64,000 nt of DNA from Candidatus Bathyarchaeum sp. (GTDB taxonomy: Archaea; Thermoproteota; Bathyarchaeia; Bathyarchaeales; Bathyarchaeaceae): contig JAOZIF010000157.1 in assembly GCA_026014495.1 (NCBI GenBank), positions 2,363 through 66,362 of the forward strand, given 5' to 3'. The notes under the pieces are model-generated. The model was not told the origin of the DNA. It saw only the letters and a program-made list of their open reading frames with translations, and did not search any database. A program made the position numbers and the translations under genes. This document shows, one piece after another, positions 46,423-55,808 of the stretch (position 1 is its first letter; each line of letters opens with the position of its first letter).

Positions 46423-48846
46423 TTACTTTTTCTTTCTTTCCAGCATTCTGTCTATGGTGGGCTTTAGTTTCTCGTTTTCTGCCTTGATTTTTTCTGGCCC
46501 CAGCGCTTCTAGCTGCTCAGTCATTTCTTTCATTATAGCCGCAAACTTAACTCCCTCTGCGGCTGACACATATTCTACTCTGAAGCGCTCCTTGCTAAGC
46601 CCCAGTTTTTCAAAAATCTTTTCTAGAGCATCCATTCTTGCCTTCATTTTGTAGTTGCCTGAAATGTAGTGGCAGTCATACGGCAGGTGGCATGCGCCAA
46701 CCATAACCATTCCTGCGCCTTGCCTGAAAGCTTCCAACACAAAGTCTTTGTCCACTCTGCCTGAGCACATGACCCGTATGGCTCTCATTGTTGGCGGGTA
46801 CTCAAAACGGCTTGTTCCAGCAAGGTCTGCACCAGCATAGCTGCACCAGTTGCAAAGAAAACCAAGAATCTTTTCTTCAGGATTATCTTCCAACGCAGCT
46901 TTGATTTGGGCTTCTATTTGTTCATCAGTAAAGTGCTGCTGTGTTATCGCATCTGATGGGCACTCGGCAACACATGTTCCACAGCCGTGACACATTGCAG
47001 CCGTAACCACTGCAGCTTGCCCCTGCTCCGCTTTTATGGCACCATAAGGACACTTTGAAACACAAATTCCACACTTTCCTGTTATATTCTTGCATTTACT
47101 CGGGTCAACCGAAGCAATAATCGGCTCTATCTTCCATGTAGGCTGAGACAACACAGTAGCAGCCCGTGCAGCAGCTCCACTTCCCTGCGAAACACTATAC
47201 GGAATATCCTTTGGTCCTTGGCACGCTCCAGCCAAAAAGATGCCATCCACAGAAGTATCCAATGGCTTGAGTTTAGGGTGGCTTTCCATAAAAAAGCCAT
47301 CTCCTCCACGTGTGATGCTCAAAATTCTTGAAACCTCATCAGTTCCTTTGCTTGGAACCGCTGCAGTACTCAAAACCACAAGCTCAGACTCTACCTCGAT
47401 GGGTTCCCCAAGCGCCATATCCTCTGCACGAATCAGCAGATTCTTGTTTTCAGGAACTTCGGCGACCTGCGAAACTTTGCCCCTGATAAAATTCACTCCC
47501 AACTCGCGGGCTCTTCGGTAGAATTCCTCGTAGCCCCTGAAGTTGGTGCGCATGTCAATGTAGAAAATGTAAACCTCAACATCATCACGGTAATGCTCTT
47601 TTAGCAAAATAGCATTCTTTAATGCATACATGCAGCAAAAACCAGAACAGTACTCGTGCTTGTTCACGTCCCTTGAACCAACACACTGAATAAACGAAAC
47701 CGACCGAGGCTGCTTTCCATCAGAAGCGCGTATAACATGTCCTCCAGTTGGACCCGCAGCCAAAATCAGCCTCTCAAACTCCATGGCAGTGATAACATTA
47801 TCAAATCTGCTGTAACCGTATTGGCTCTCCTCGTAGGGCTTGTAAACATCAAAGCCTGTCGAAACAGTAATTGTTCCAACCTCAAGTTCAATTTCTTCAG
47901 GCTGCTGATCAAAATTAATTGCTTGCCGTGCACCACAAGCTTCTAAACACTTGTAGCACTCGATACAGTAGTCCCTGTTAATCGTGTAAACCAGCGGCAC
48001 AGCCTGATCAAAAGGAACAGAAATTGCTTTGCGGACGCCCATGTTCTCGTCCCATGGGTTAGGAAACTCTATTGGACACGCATCCCTGCATTCGCCACAG
48101 CCTGTGCAGTCCTCGGCATTAACGTATCTGGGGTTCTTTTTGATTTTTACCTTGAAGTTTCCAACAAAACCCTCAACGCTCACCAAATCTGCATACGAAA
48201 TTATTTCGATGTTAGGATGGCGGGATACATCAACCATCTTTGGTCCTTCAATGCAGATGGAACAATCCAAAGTTGGGAACGTTTTGTCCAGCGCAGCCAT
48301 GTGACCGCCTATGCTTTCGGTTTTCTCGAGAAGGTAAACTTTGAAGCCCATACCCGCCAAATCAAGCGCCGAGCTTATTCCAGCAATTCCACCTCCGATT
48401 ACAAGAGCCTTGTTTGTAACTGGAACCTCCATTGTTTCAAGACTTTGAAGAAGCTTAGCCTTTGCAACAGCCATCTTCACAATCTCTTTAGCTTTCTCTG
48501 TTGCCTCCTTGGGTGTGCTGGGATGGCACCATGAAGCAAACTCTCGGATGTTTGCCATCTCAAAAAGGTACGGATTCAAACCAGCGTCAGCCACGGTTCT
48601 TCTGAATGTTGGCTCATGCATACGGGGCGAACAAGCGGCAACAACAACCCTGTCGAGGTTATGCTGTTTGATGGCTTTTCTAATTTCCTCTTGTCCTGGA
48701 TCAGCGCAGGTGTAACGATTATCCATTGCCACAACTACATTTGGTATTGTCCGGGCGTATTCTGTCAACTCTTTCACGTCAATTGTGCCTGCGATGTTAA
48801 GTCCGCAGTGGCAAACGAAAACTCCTATTCGTGGTTCATCAGACAT
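46423..48846 (-). CDS. hdrA: Heterodisulfide reductase subunit A fused to a C-terminal MvhD domain
   Basis: N-terminal RIGVFVCHCGLNIAG, FAD fold ALVIGGGIAGISSALDLA, and several CxxCxxCxxxCP motifs. The C-terminal segment ILGFLCNWCSYAGADLAGTSR...VMCSGRVD...GACHLPYDCHY is the MvhD signature. Confidence 0.9.
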   Translation of the reverse strand: MSDEPRIGVFVCHCGLNIAGTIDVKELTEYARTIPNVVVAMDNRYTCADPGQEEIRKAIKQHNLDRVVVAACSPRMHEPTFRRTVADAGLNPYLFEMANIREFASWCHPSTPKEATEKAKEIVKMAVAKAKLLQSLETMEVPVTNKALVIGGGIAGISSALDLAGMGFKVYLLEKTESIGGHMAALDKTFPTLDCSICIEGPKMVDVSRHPNIEIISYADLVSVEGFVGNFKVKIKKNPRYVNAEDCTGCGECRDACPIEFPNPWDENMGVRKAISVPFDQAVPLVYTINRDYCIECYKCLEACGARQAINFDQQPEEIELEVGTITVSTGFDVYKPYEESQYGYSRFDNVITAMEFERLILAAGPTGGHVIRASDGKQPRSVSFIQCVGSRDVNKHEYCSGFCCMYALKNAILLKEHYRDDVEVYIFYIDMRTNFRGYEEFYRRARELGVNFIRGKVSQVAEVPENKNLLIRAEDMALGEPIEVESELVVLSTAAVPSKGTDEVSRILSITRGGDGFFMESHPKLKPLDTSVDGIFLAGACQGPKDIPYSVSQGSGAAARAATVLSQPTWKIEPIIASVDPSKCKNITGKCGICVSKCPYGAIKAEQGQAAVVTAAMCHGCGTCVAECPSDAITQQHFTDEQIEAQIKAALEDNPEEKILGFLCNWCSYAGADLAGTSRFEYPPTMRAIRVMCSGRVDKDFVLEAFRQGAGMVMVGACHLPYDCHYISGNYKMKARMDALEKIFEKLGLSKERFRVEYVSAAEGVKFAAIMKEMTEQLEALGPEKIKAENEKLKPTIDRMLERKKK

Positions 48847-49796
48847 TATGTGTCCAGCTCCTCTGGGGGCAGTCTTTTTAGTATGACTTTTTTGAGCTTC
48901 TGTGCGTTTTTGTTTTCCATCTCTTTTATTACGGCGTTAGTGGAAGCAAGTTTTTCAAGAGCCTTGTTCCATGCTCCAGAATGAACTTCAGTATGACGTA
49001 TACGTGTCCTGTTAAGTTCTAATGCGCCTTCCTCTGGGCATGCAATCTTGCACGCGCCACAGTAGACACAGTGAGAATCGTTAACCTGCACTTTTCCTTC
49101 CTTAATACACAGCACATCCGGAATCGGACAAACATCAACACAGTCATGGCAGCCTTCAGGGCATTTCTCACTATTAATTGCTAGGCGCCCATAGAACATT
49201 TTCTCCACACTTATTGCGCCGTCCGGAAACTTTGTTTCACAAAAACGGCAGCATGGACACGACTCCTTGTCTACTTCAACTTTAACCTTGAGCTTTTTCT
49301 TTATTTTTGAAGTCGCGCCTGTAATCATTTTTCCATCTGCATTGCAGACACTTACCTTGATGTGGTCTAGAGGACAGGCTTCCTTTATGTCTAGGCACTC
49401 CAACCCACATTTACTTTCATCAATCTTAATTTCCCGTATAAGTTGAGGAAAACTCTCAGTTTTAACAACTGGAATAACAGTTTTTCCGTTAACTTTTAAC
49501 TTTAAAGCTCCAAAGGGGCAAACTGCCTCACACATTCCACAGTAATGACATTTTTCTTCATTAACCCCTACTGTAGGCTTCTTCGCTTTTTCTCCCTTTG
49601 CCTTTGGAGTTCTCGTAACTTGTATGGCTTCGCGGGGGCAGATTTCCATGCAGACCCCACAGCCTGTGCACTTGTTCTTATCTAAAGCTAGCGAATAGTG
49701 TTTTGCGTGCAACACCATCTCTATGGCAAGTTCGTTTTCATTTTCGTTTTTGAGCAATTTTACGGGCGTTTTTATACCCCACCATCTTTTATTCAA
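48846..49796 (-). CDS. Polyferredoxin (about six 4Fe-4S motifs)
   Basis: CTGCGVCMEICP, CHYCGMCEAVCP, CGLECLDIKEACP, CPCCRFCETKFP, CPEGCHDCVDVCP, CVYCGACKIACP. Its stop shares one nt with the hdrA ATG (TAATG). Confidence 0.8.
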   Translation of the reverse strand: MNKRWWGIKTPVKLLKNENENELAIEMVLHAKHYSLALDKNKCTGCGVCMEICPREAIQVTRTPKAKGEKAKKPTVGVNEEKCHYCGMCEAVCPFGALKLKVNGKTVIPVVKTESFPQLIREIKIDESKCGLECLDIKEACPLDHIKVSVCNADGKMITGATSKIKKKLKVKVEVDKESCPCCRFCETKFPDGAISVEKMFYGRLAINSEKCPEGCHDCVDVCPIPDVLCIKEGKVQVNDSHCVYCGACKIACPEEGALELNRTRIRHTEVHSGAWNKALEKLASTNAVIKEMENKNAQKLKKVILKRLPPEELDT

Positions 49797-50087
49797 TTTT
49801 AAATTGGATTTTTAGCCTTTTGGGTGTGAATTTAGGTTTCATGAGTGGTTATAAACCTTGTTGATTCCCTGCCCTGTACCTCAATATTGTACTGCGCCAA
49901 AAAAGTTAGTAATTCAATAAAATTGAACTCGTAATGTTTCCAACTTGACCCCGAGATGGGCAACGAGAAACTGTTAATTAAACCACTAACTGTTAACTTG
50001 TTTTATCTTTTTCTTTTTCAAGATGTTCTTTAAGACGTTCCTTGAGTTCAGGAAAATCATCAAGCATCTTTTTTATAACTTTGAATC

Positions 50088-50930
50088 TTAACTCTTTGAT
50101 CGTTTCTTTAGACACTTTGAACCCGCATATTCAATTCCTGTCTTATTGTGTAACTCCTTTAGAATATGTTTTTCTATTGTTATAGCCCCATCGCCAAAAA
50201 GTAACTCCAAACATTGACTGAATTCAACTATTTGTGGAAGAATTTTGATTCGAGGAATACTGAAACGTTTTTCTAAGAATCGAAAAATAAGTTCAGACGA
50301 TTCTTTACCTAATATTCCATCAAGTTTTTCCATGACGACCTGAATGCAGATTTTTTCATTATCAACAAACTCTAATTTTTTGGCATTCACTGTGTTTTTG
50401 TGTGCCTGAATAAGTTTAAGAAACACCTGATTAGCTGATATCACTTGCTTTTTTGTATATGCACAAATGCCTTCTGCTGGAAACTGGACTGTTCTTCCAA
50501 GCTCTCTTTCACATTTAAGCCATTCTTCGACTTTTCCTTTTCTTGTCATGTAATCAAAAACTTTGGAGACATCTGAAGATACGAACATTCCATCAAAGCC
50601 GTTATCTAAACTTTCATCAAGAACACTCATGAAATTATCAACAACTCTGTCGACGTGAAACTCTCCATCTGGAATATACATTTGTTGACTTGATGTTATC
50701 CTTAGTTTTTTAGGGTCCTCAAGTTTTAGCCCAAATTTTTTCATTTCGCTTTTAAGTTGTTTGACGTTTTCTTCTGTTGCAACATATACCGCTGCACAGC
50801 CTTTATCTAATCCAGCTTTCAAGTTAGAAAACAGTACCCTTTGTTTTTCCTCAAGAGAATCATAAAAGCAGACATTGTGGTCGCCGAGTAAAGCTTTTTT
50901 AGTGAACATAATATTCAAAGCCTTGGGCAT
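50088..50930 (-). CDS. Hypothetical protein, possibly MEDS-domain (methanogen/methylotroph DcmR-type sensory domain)
   Basis: N-terminal HNVCFYDSLEEKQRVLFSNLKAGLDKGCAAVYV resembles the MEDS start pattern as I recall it. Weak call. Confidence 0.35.
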   Translation of the reverse strand: MPKALNIMFTKKALLGDHNVCFYDSLEEKQRVLFSNLKAGLDKGCAAVYVATEENVKQLKSEMKKFGLKLEDPKKLRITSSQQMYIPDGEFHVDRVVDNFMSVLDESLDNGFDGMFVSSDVSKVFDYMTRKGKVEEWLKCERELGRTVQFPAEGICAYTKKQVISANQVFLKLIQAHKNTVNAKKLEFVDNEKICIQVVMEKLDGILGKESSELIFRFLEKRFSIPRIKILPQIVEFSQCLELLFGDGAITIEKHILKELHNKTGIEYAGSKCLKKRSKS

Positions 50931-51103
50931 TATGATTTATTACTTACAGTTTTATTGTTATAAGCTTTATTATTATCTTCTTGCTACACTCAAACTAATC
51001 ATGTAGCAGCCCAACGCTTTGAACAAACCTGCCCTAGACTTGCACGTTTTATTTGGTAGTGTTTAAAAATGTCGGTTCTCCAATCTTCCTGAGGAGACCT
51101 TTC

Positions 51104-52150
51104 ATGGAACGTATAACCATGGCTCATGGAGCAGGCGGAACCGTTATGGGTAACCTTATCCAAAACCACGTTCTAAAACATCTTGGCGGAAGCAACGCTG
51201 AGGTTCCACTCGAAGCCCTAGACGATTCCGCGGTAGTAGACAACATCGTTTTAAAATCAGACTCACACGCCGTGAAACCCCTCTTCTTTCCGGGCGGAGA
51301 CATAGGACGACTAGCTATCGCAGGCACAGTTAACGACATTGCAATGATTGGCGCTCAACCCATTGCCCTTACTTGCGCCATGGTGCTAGAGGAAGGGCTT
51401 CTCATAGACGATTTGGACAAAATCTTGGAGAGCATGGAACAAACTTGCAAAGAGGCTGGAGTATACGTGGTCACTGGCGACACCAAAGTTATCGAGAAAA
51501 GCGGTTTTGGCGGATGCATAATTAACACTTCGGGAATAGGAAAACGAAGTGAGGCACTTGAAACTAACATCGCCACGGTTAAGATGCATCGTTCATTTGA
51601 TTCACGTTGGGTTCTTGACTCTAACCTAAGGGAAGGCGACAAACTGATAGTTTCTGGCACGGTTGGAGACCATGGAATCACTGTTTTGTCGGCACAAGAA
51701 GGCTACAATTTTGGAAGCAACATCAAATCTGACGTGGCACCCCTAAACAATGTAATCAAACAGTTGCTTGAGGTCGGAGGCATCGTCTCAATGAAGGACC
51801 CAACACGTGGTGGCTTATCTAATTCACTGAATGAATGGAGCCAAAAATCCAATGTGGGAATAATGATTCATGAGCAAAACGTTCCTGTACGTGGCGACGT
51901 TAATGCTGCCTGCGAAATGCTTGGCTTAGACCCCCTAGAAATTGGAAACGAAGGCAAAGTACTCATTGGTGTTGTGCCGCAGAAAGCAGAACAAGTTTTA
52001 GCGACACTAAAACAGACAAAAGAAGGCAAGGACGCCCAGATAATAGGTGAAGCAACAAGCGACTTTAGCGAAGTGGTTCTAGAAACAGTGGTTGGCGGAA
52101 AACGAATCATGGCACCTCCTGTAGGAGACCCAATACCAAGAATCTGCTAA
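51104..52150 (+). CDS. hypE: Hydrogenase maturation protein HypE
   Basis: AIR-synthase-like fold motifs (HGAGG, DPTRGGL) and the diagnostic C-terminal PRIC. GAGGAG RBS lies 7 nt before ATG 51104. The listed ORF starts at 51053. Confidence 0.9.
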   Translation: MERITMAHGAGGTVMGNLIQNHVLKHLGGSNAEVPLEALDDSAVVDNIVLKSDSHAVKPLFFPGGDIGRLAIAGTVNDIAMIGAQPIALTCAMVLEEGLLIDDLDKILESMEQTCKEAGVYVVTGDTKVIEKSGFGGCIINTSGIGKRSEALETNIATVKMHRSFDSRWVLDSNLREGDKLIVSGTVGDHGITVLSAQEGYNFGSNIKSDVAPLNNVIKQLLEVGGIVSMKDPTRGGLSNSLNEWSQKSNVGIMIHEQNVPVRGDVNAACEMLGLDPLEIGNEGKVLIGVVPQKAEQVLATLKQTKEGKDAQIIGEATSDFSEVVLETVVGGKRIMAPPVGDPIPRIC

Positions 52151-52162
52151 AAATACACCTGC

Positions 52163-52187
52163 AACCTTGAGGTTAACCTATTTTTTT
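52163..52187 (+). terminator. Short hairpin plus T7 tract after hypE
   Basis: AACC-TTGA-GGTT followed by TTTTTTT at 52181-52187. Confidence 0.35.
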
Positions 52188-52364
52188 GGTAATATTCAGT
52201 TTATAACCTTCTATTTTGATGTTATATGTTCAGCACTGGTCTTGGAGATGGGAAAATCCGCCATTTTTTTAACACAAAAATGTCAAAAAAGTTGGCAGAC
52301 TCTCAGTTTCATGATGTTCACGCAGTCGACAAAGTATATCTTCCACTATATCTACATGATATAT

Positions 52365-52600
52365 TCCCCGAGTTGGGGAGCACGCTCTGGTGTTGCATTG
52401 AAGCATCGAGCGTATCAGTCAAAACGGCTGACGGCTGATATGCGCCAAAGACTTTGCTTCGAAGGGCTGGTCAATACCTAAAGTGCAATGCGTATAGGCA
52501 TCGAGTGCGTCCATCAAAAAGGCTGACGATAAGCGCACGACAAAAAAGATGTCCTAATATGGGCCTAACATGCGCCGAGGGCTTAGACTCAACTCGGGGA
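52365..52600. repeat. 236-nt non-coding element bounded by an 11-nt inverted repeat and containing an internal about 95-nt imperfect tandem duplication
   Basis: TCCCCGAGTTG (52365-52375) is the reverse complement of CAACTCGGGGA (52590-52600). Inside, GCATCGAG...CAAAA(C/A)GGCTGACG...ATGCGCC...GA(A/G)GGGCT occurs twice, with GCATCGAG at 52403 and 52498. Confidence 0.45.
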
Positions 52601-52694
52601 TTTCTATTTTCTGCAACTTTAGTGTGTTAGGGTACTTTGTAAAAAACTTGAAGTGCGCTAAACACTGTTGTATACCATGGGGAGGTGAATGTTT

Positions 52695-52898
52695 ATGGCT
52701 GTTATCAAAATTATTGAGTTGATAGGTAGTTCTTCTGTTGGCTGGAGTGATACAGCTCAGAACGCGGTTACAGAAGCGGCGAAGACAATCAAGAACATTA
52801 AGGGCGTTCATGTTAAGCGGTGCACTGCTAAAGTTGAAAACAACAAAATTGTCAAATATAATGCAGACGTAAAAATTTCTTTTGTTGTAGAACGATAA
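52695..52898 (+). CDS. Dodecin-family small flavin-binding protein
   Basis: VIKIIELIGSSSVGWSDTAQNAVTEAAKTIKNIKGVHV...ADVKISFVVE matches the dodecin pattern as I recall it. GGAGGTGA ends 6 nt before ATG 52695. Confidence 0.7.
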   Translation: MAVIKIIELIGSSSVGWSDTAQNAVTEAAKTIKNIKGVHVKRCTAKVENNKIVKYNADVKISFVVER

Positions 52899-52921
52899 AT
52901 CACCGTAATGTTTAGTGGTTG

Positions 52922-52940
52922 AGGGGATTATTTCCCCTTT
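52922..52940. terminator. Hairpin between convergent genes
   Basis: AGGGGA-TTATT-TCCCCT (6 bp) followed by TT. Lies between the dodecin gene (+) and the 193-aa ORF (-). Confidence 0.3.
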
Positions 52941-52973
52941 AACCTTGAATAGACACTAAAGACTGGTTTGCAA

Positions 52974-53555
52974 TTATATTATGAAGTTCCAGCCTGAGCT
53001 GTGTCCATGCCAGAAGAATTCGTGAAGTTCTCCAAGTGTTCTGAAGCCAAAATTTGTTTTAATTGATTTACAAAGATCATTAAAGTCAATGTAGTGTTCA
53101 GCGGTTTTCACGTTCAGTTCGACAAGTTGCCAGTCAACAACATGTGTGAGAAAATCTTCTATTCCGTTTACAACATTTTCGTGATAGATAGTGTATTCTT
53201 CGTTGTTTACTGCGGCAAGCAACTGCGAAACAAGACATGGCCCAAAACCTTCAAGGTCAAACACCGTTTGTAGTCGCTGTTTGAAGTCTCCAACTCCAAG
53301 AAACAGGTCAAAGAGCTTTAGTTTAACTTCGTTGAAGTCGTTTCCTAAAACAATAACGTCCGCGGTTTGCTGAGAAACACTTTTTGGCAAAAACAGGTTG
53401 CTTAACAATAATGCTTTGAACTTTTCACCCGTTATGTTCACTAACTCCGCAGTTAATTTTGGTTTGAGTTTTGTGGAGCGGATGTCATGCCAGATAACGT
53501 CAGGATAATGGTACTCTGCTTTTCTGAACCTCTCAAGAACCTCATTAACATTCAT
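52974..53555 (-). CDS. Hypothetical protein, 193 aa, last gene of the minus-strand hyp string
   Basis: ORF only. No motif recognised. Confidence 0.45.
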   Translation of the reverse strand: MNVNEVLERFRKAEYHYPDVIWHDIRSTKLKPKLTAELVNITGEKFKALLLSNLFLPKSVSQQTADVIVLGNDFNEVKLKLFDLFLGVGDFKQRLQTVFDLEGFGPCLVSQLLAAVNNEEYTIYHENVVNGIEDFLTHVVDWQLVELNVKTAEHYIDFNDLCKSIKTNFGFRTLGELHEFFWHGHSSGWNFII

Positions 53556-53627
53556 GATAGTTCACTTACAGAACATTCAGGGCTACAATTACTTTTACTT
53601 TGTGCAGATATAAGCCTATGTTTGCCA

Positions 53628-54716
53628 TTACTTAGACACTTTGTGCTTTGCCCAGATTCTACATGTACCCTCATTTGAGACCATACAAGCTCCCCTAGGA
53701 GACTCTGGACTGCACGTTGTCAGGTAGCTGGGGCACTCGGATGGATTAATTTTCCCAATCATAACCAAGTGGCAAAGACATCCCTTCAAAATGTCTCTGG
53801 ACTCTTCGATGTGAAGGTCAAACTTTTTGCGTGCATCATAAGCCTCAAACTCCTTCTTTAGAACAAGCGCCGAGTTTGGAAGCTTACCCAGCCCTCGCCA
53901 CCTTCCATCTGCAACATCAAACACCTGCTTCACTATATTTTGAGCCTTGATGTTGCCCTCCCACGTGACAACACGCTTGTACTCATTTTCAAGCCTAGCC
54001 ACTCCCTCTTTTACCTGCTGCAGTAACATATCTACAGCAAAGAGGACATCCAGCGGCTCAAAACCCGCAGCAACAGTAGGCATGCTATAAGCTTCTGGAA
54101 ACACCTCGTAGGGCTTCATTCCTGTAATCGTGCAAACATGACCTGCAGCAATAAAACCGTCAATCTGTAAATCGCCAATGCCTAAAAGTAGCTCCATAGC
54201 AGGAGGAATTAATCTGTGAGAAACAAGAAAACTAAAGTTGCTGGGAGGCTCATTTAGCACTTCGACAGCAGTTGCTGGCGATGTTGTTTCAAAGCCTACA
54301 GCAAAAAACACGAACTCCTTCTCAGGACTCTTTTTTGCCATCTGTATGGCATCTCTTAATCCATAAACGACTCGTACGTCTCCGCCTGCTGCTTTGGCTT
54401 TTTGAAGCGAAGTTTCTGAGCCTGGAACCCTGATTAGGTCGCCAAAGCTGGTAATTGTTACTCCCCTTTTTGCTAGAGCTATGGCTTCATCAATGTCTGA
54501 TGCTGGCAGAATGCAAACTGGACATCCGGGTCCAGCAATAACTTCTACACTGTCAGGAAGAAGAGACCGTAATCCATAATGTGTGATTGTCCACTCATGT
54601 GTTCCGCAGACGTGACAAAACTTTACCTTATACTGTGGAGCTATTTTTTTGATATGCTCCGCAACTTTTTTTGCTAATGTTGGGTCTCTGAACTTAGCAG
54701 CATCGTTGACAGTCAT
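53628..54716 (-). CDS. hypD: Hydrogenase maturation protein HypD
   Basis: FCHVCGTHEW and GPGCPVCILP motifs. 362 aa. Confidence 0.9.
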   Translation of the reverse strand: MTVNDAAKFRDPTLAKKVAEHIKKIAPQYKVKFCHVCGTHEWTITHYGLRSLLPDSVEVIAGPGCPVCILPASDIDEAIALAKRGVTITSFGDLIRVPGSETSLQKAKAAGGDVRVVYGLRDAIQMAKKSPEKEFVFFAVGFETTSPATAVEVLNEPPSNFSFLVSHRLIPPAMELLLGIGDLQIDGFIAAGHVCTITGMKPYEVFPEAYSMPTVAAGFEPLDVLFAVDMLLQQVKEGVARLENEYKRVVTWEGNIKAQNIVKQVFDVADGRWRGLGKLPNSALVLKKEFEAYDARKKFDLHIEESRDILKGCLCHLVMIGKINPSECPSYLTTCSPESPRGACMVSNEGTCRIWAKHKVSK

Positions 54717-55110
54717 TTTTGTTTTCCTGCTGCTTAAGAATTCTTATACTCTTTATTGTGCATTCTTTGCCTTCAACAATTTTTGCTGCTTCTCCACATT
54801 TAGGGCATCGAAGACTTGGAACCGGAACATGATACGCTGGATCATCATCGATTGGTATTGGTCCTTTGAATCCGCATCGAAGGCACTCTATCACGCCTTC
54901 TTGTTCTTCAATTATCAGTTTTGAGTCCTTCATGATTGTGTCTTTGACCAGTATATTATAGGAGAAGCGTATCTGGTCAACACCCAGAAACGTCATTTTT
55001 CCTATCACCAAATGAACTTCAGCAACTTTTTTTGCGTCATTCCTTTTTGCCTCTTCAAGAACGTTCTCGACAATTTGTGTTGCCATGGCAAGCTCATGCA
55101 CTGTCAACAA
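54694..55110 (-). CDS. hypA: Hydrogenase nickel incorporation protein HypA
   Basis: The VHELAMATQIVENV N-terminus matches the MHE metal-site pattern if the start is the GTG two codons before E. Zn ribbon CLRCG...CPKCG. Overlaps hypD by 23 nt. Confidence 0.8.
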   Translation of the reverse strand: MLTVHELAMATQIVENVLEEAKRNDAKKVAEVHLVIGKMTFLGVDQIRFSYNILVKDTIMKDSKLIIEEQEGVIECLRCGFKGPIPIDDDPAYHVPVPSLRCPKCGEAAKIVEGKECTIKSIRILKQQENKNDCQRCC

Positions 55111-55119
55111 ACTCCATGA

Positions 55120-55797
55120 TTATAGTTCTAGTACCTTGATTAATTCTTCAACGCCTTCACCTGTTAGGGCGTTGGTGACTGCAACTTTTACGTCTGGCTT
55201 TACCTCTTTAGCCTGTTTTTCTAGCTGTTTGATGTCTATTTTCATTGTTTCTGCTAGGTCTTTTTTGTTTATGACCATCACGTCGGCAGTCATGAACGTG
55301 AAAGGGTGTTTAAGAATCATGTATGGTCCTTCAGTTACGCTTATAACAACAACCCGTTTTTCTGTGCCTAGCGGAAACTCGGCTGGGCAGATAAGGTTGC
55401 CAACGTTTTCGATAATCAAAAGGTCAAGGTTTTTTAGGCTGATTCTTTCCATTGCCCTTGCAACAACATTGGCGTCTAGGTGGCATTCTCGTCCAGTGTT
55501 TATGGTTAACACCTGCACTCCATGTCGTCCGATGCGGTCAGCATCTATGGTTGTTGTCAAGTCGCCCTTAAAAACCGCAATTCTATACTTGTTTTTTAGT
55601 TTTTGGACAAGCTTTTCAATTAGACTGGTTTTTCCTGCACCTATAGAGCCCATGATGTCGATTGCCTGCACGTTGTGTTCCTTTAGAATGTCCTTGTTTT
55701 TTTGGGCAAGCTTCTTGTTAACTTCCAAAATATTCATTCCAGGCTCTATATCAAGCGTCACTTCGTCGCCTTTTAGTACTTCTTTAGTGTTCGTCAA
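55120..55797 (-). CDS. hypB: Hydrogenase nickel incorporation GTPase HypB
   Basis: GSIGAGKTSL P-loop, ENVGNLICP, and NKKDL. Confidence 0.9.
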   Translation of the reverse strand: MTNTKEVLKGDEVTLDIEPGMNILEVNKKLAQKNKDILKEHNVQAIDIMGSIGAGKTSLIEKLVQKLKNKYRIAVFKGDLTTTIDADRIGRHGVQVLTINTGRECHLDANVVARAMERISLKNLDLLIIENVGNLICPAEFPLGTEKRVVVISVTEGPYMILKHPFTFMTADVMVINKKDLAETMKIDIKQLEKQAKEVKPDVKVAVTNALTGEGVEELIKVLEL

Positions 55798-55808
55798 AAC
55801 AGTTCACA

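Noticed and set aside
52365-52688. Possible FMN or other riboswitch upstream of the flavin-binding dodecin gene
   Set aside because: I could not find the conserved RFN core strings as I remember them, and FMN riboswitches are not established in archaea. The element is reported only as an unknown structured repeat.
52167-52811. ORFs of 104, 70 and 85 aa in the hypE-dodecin spacer
   Set aside because: No RBS and no recognisable motif. They overlap each other and the inverted-repeat element, so the region is more likely non-coding.
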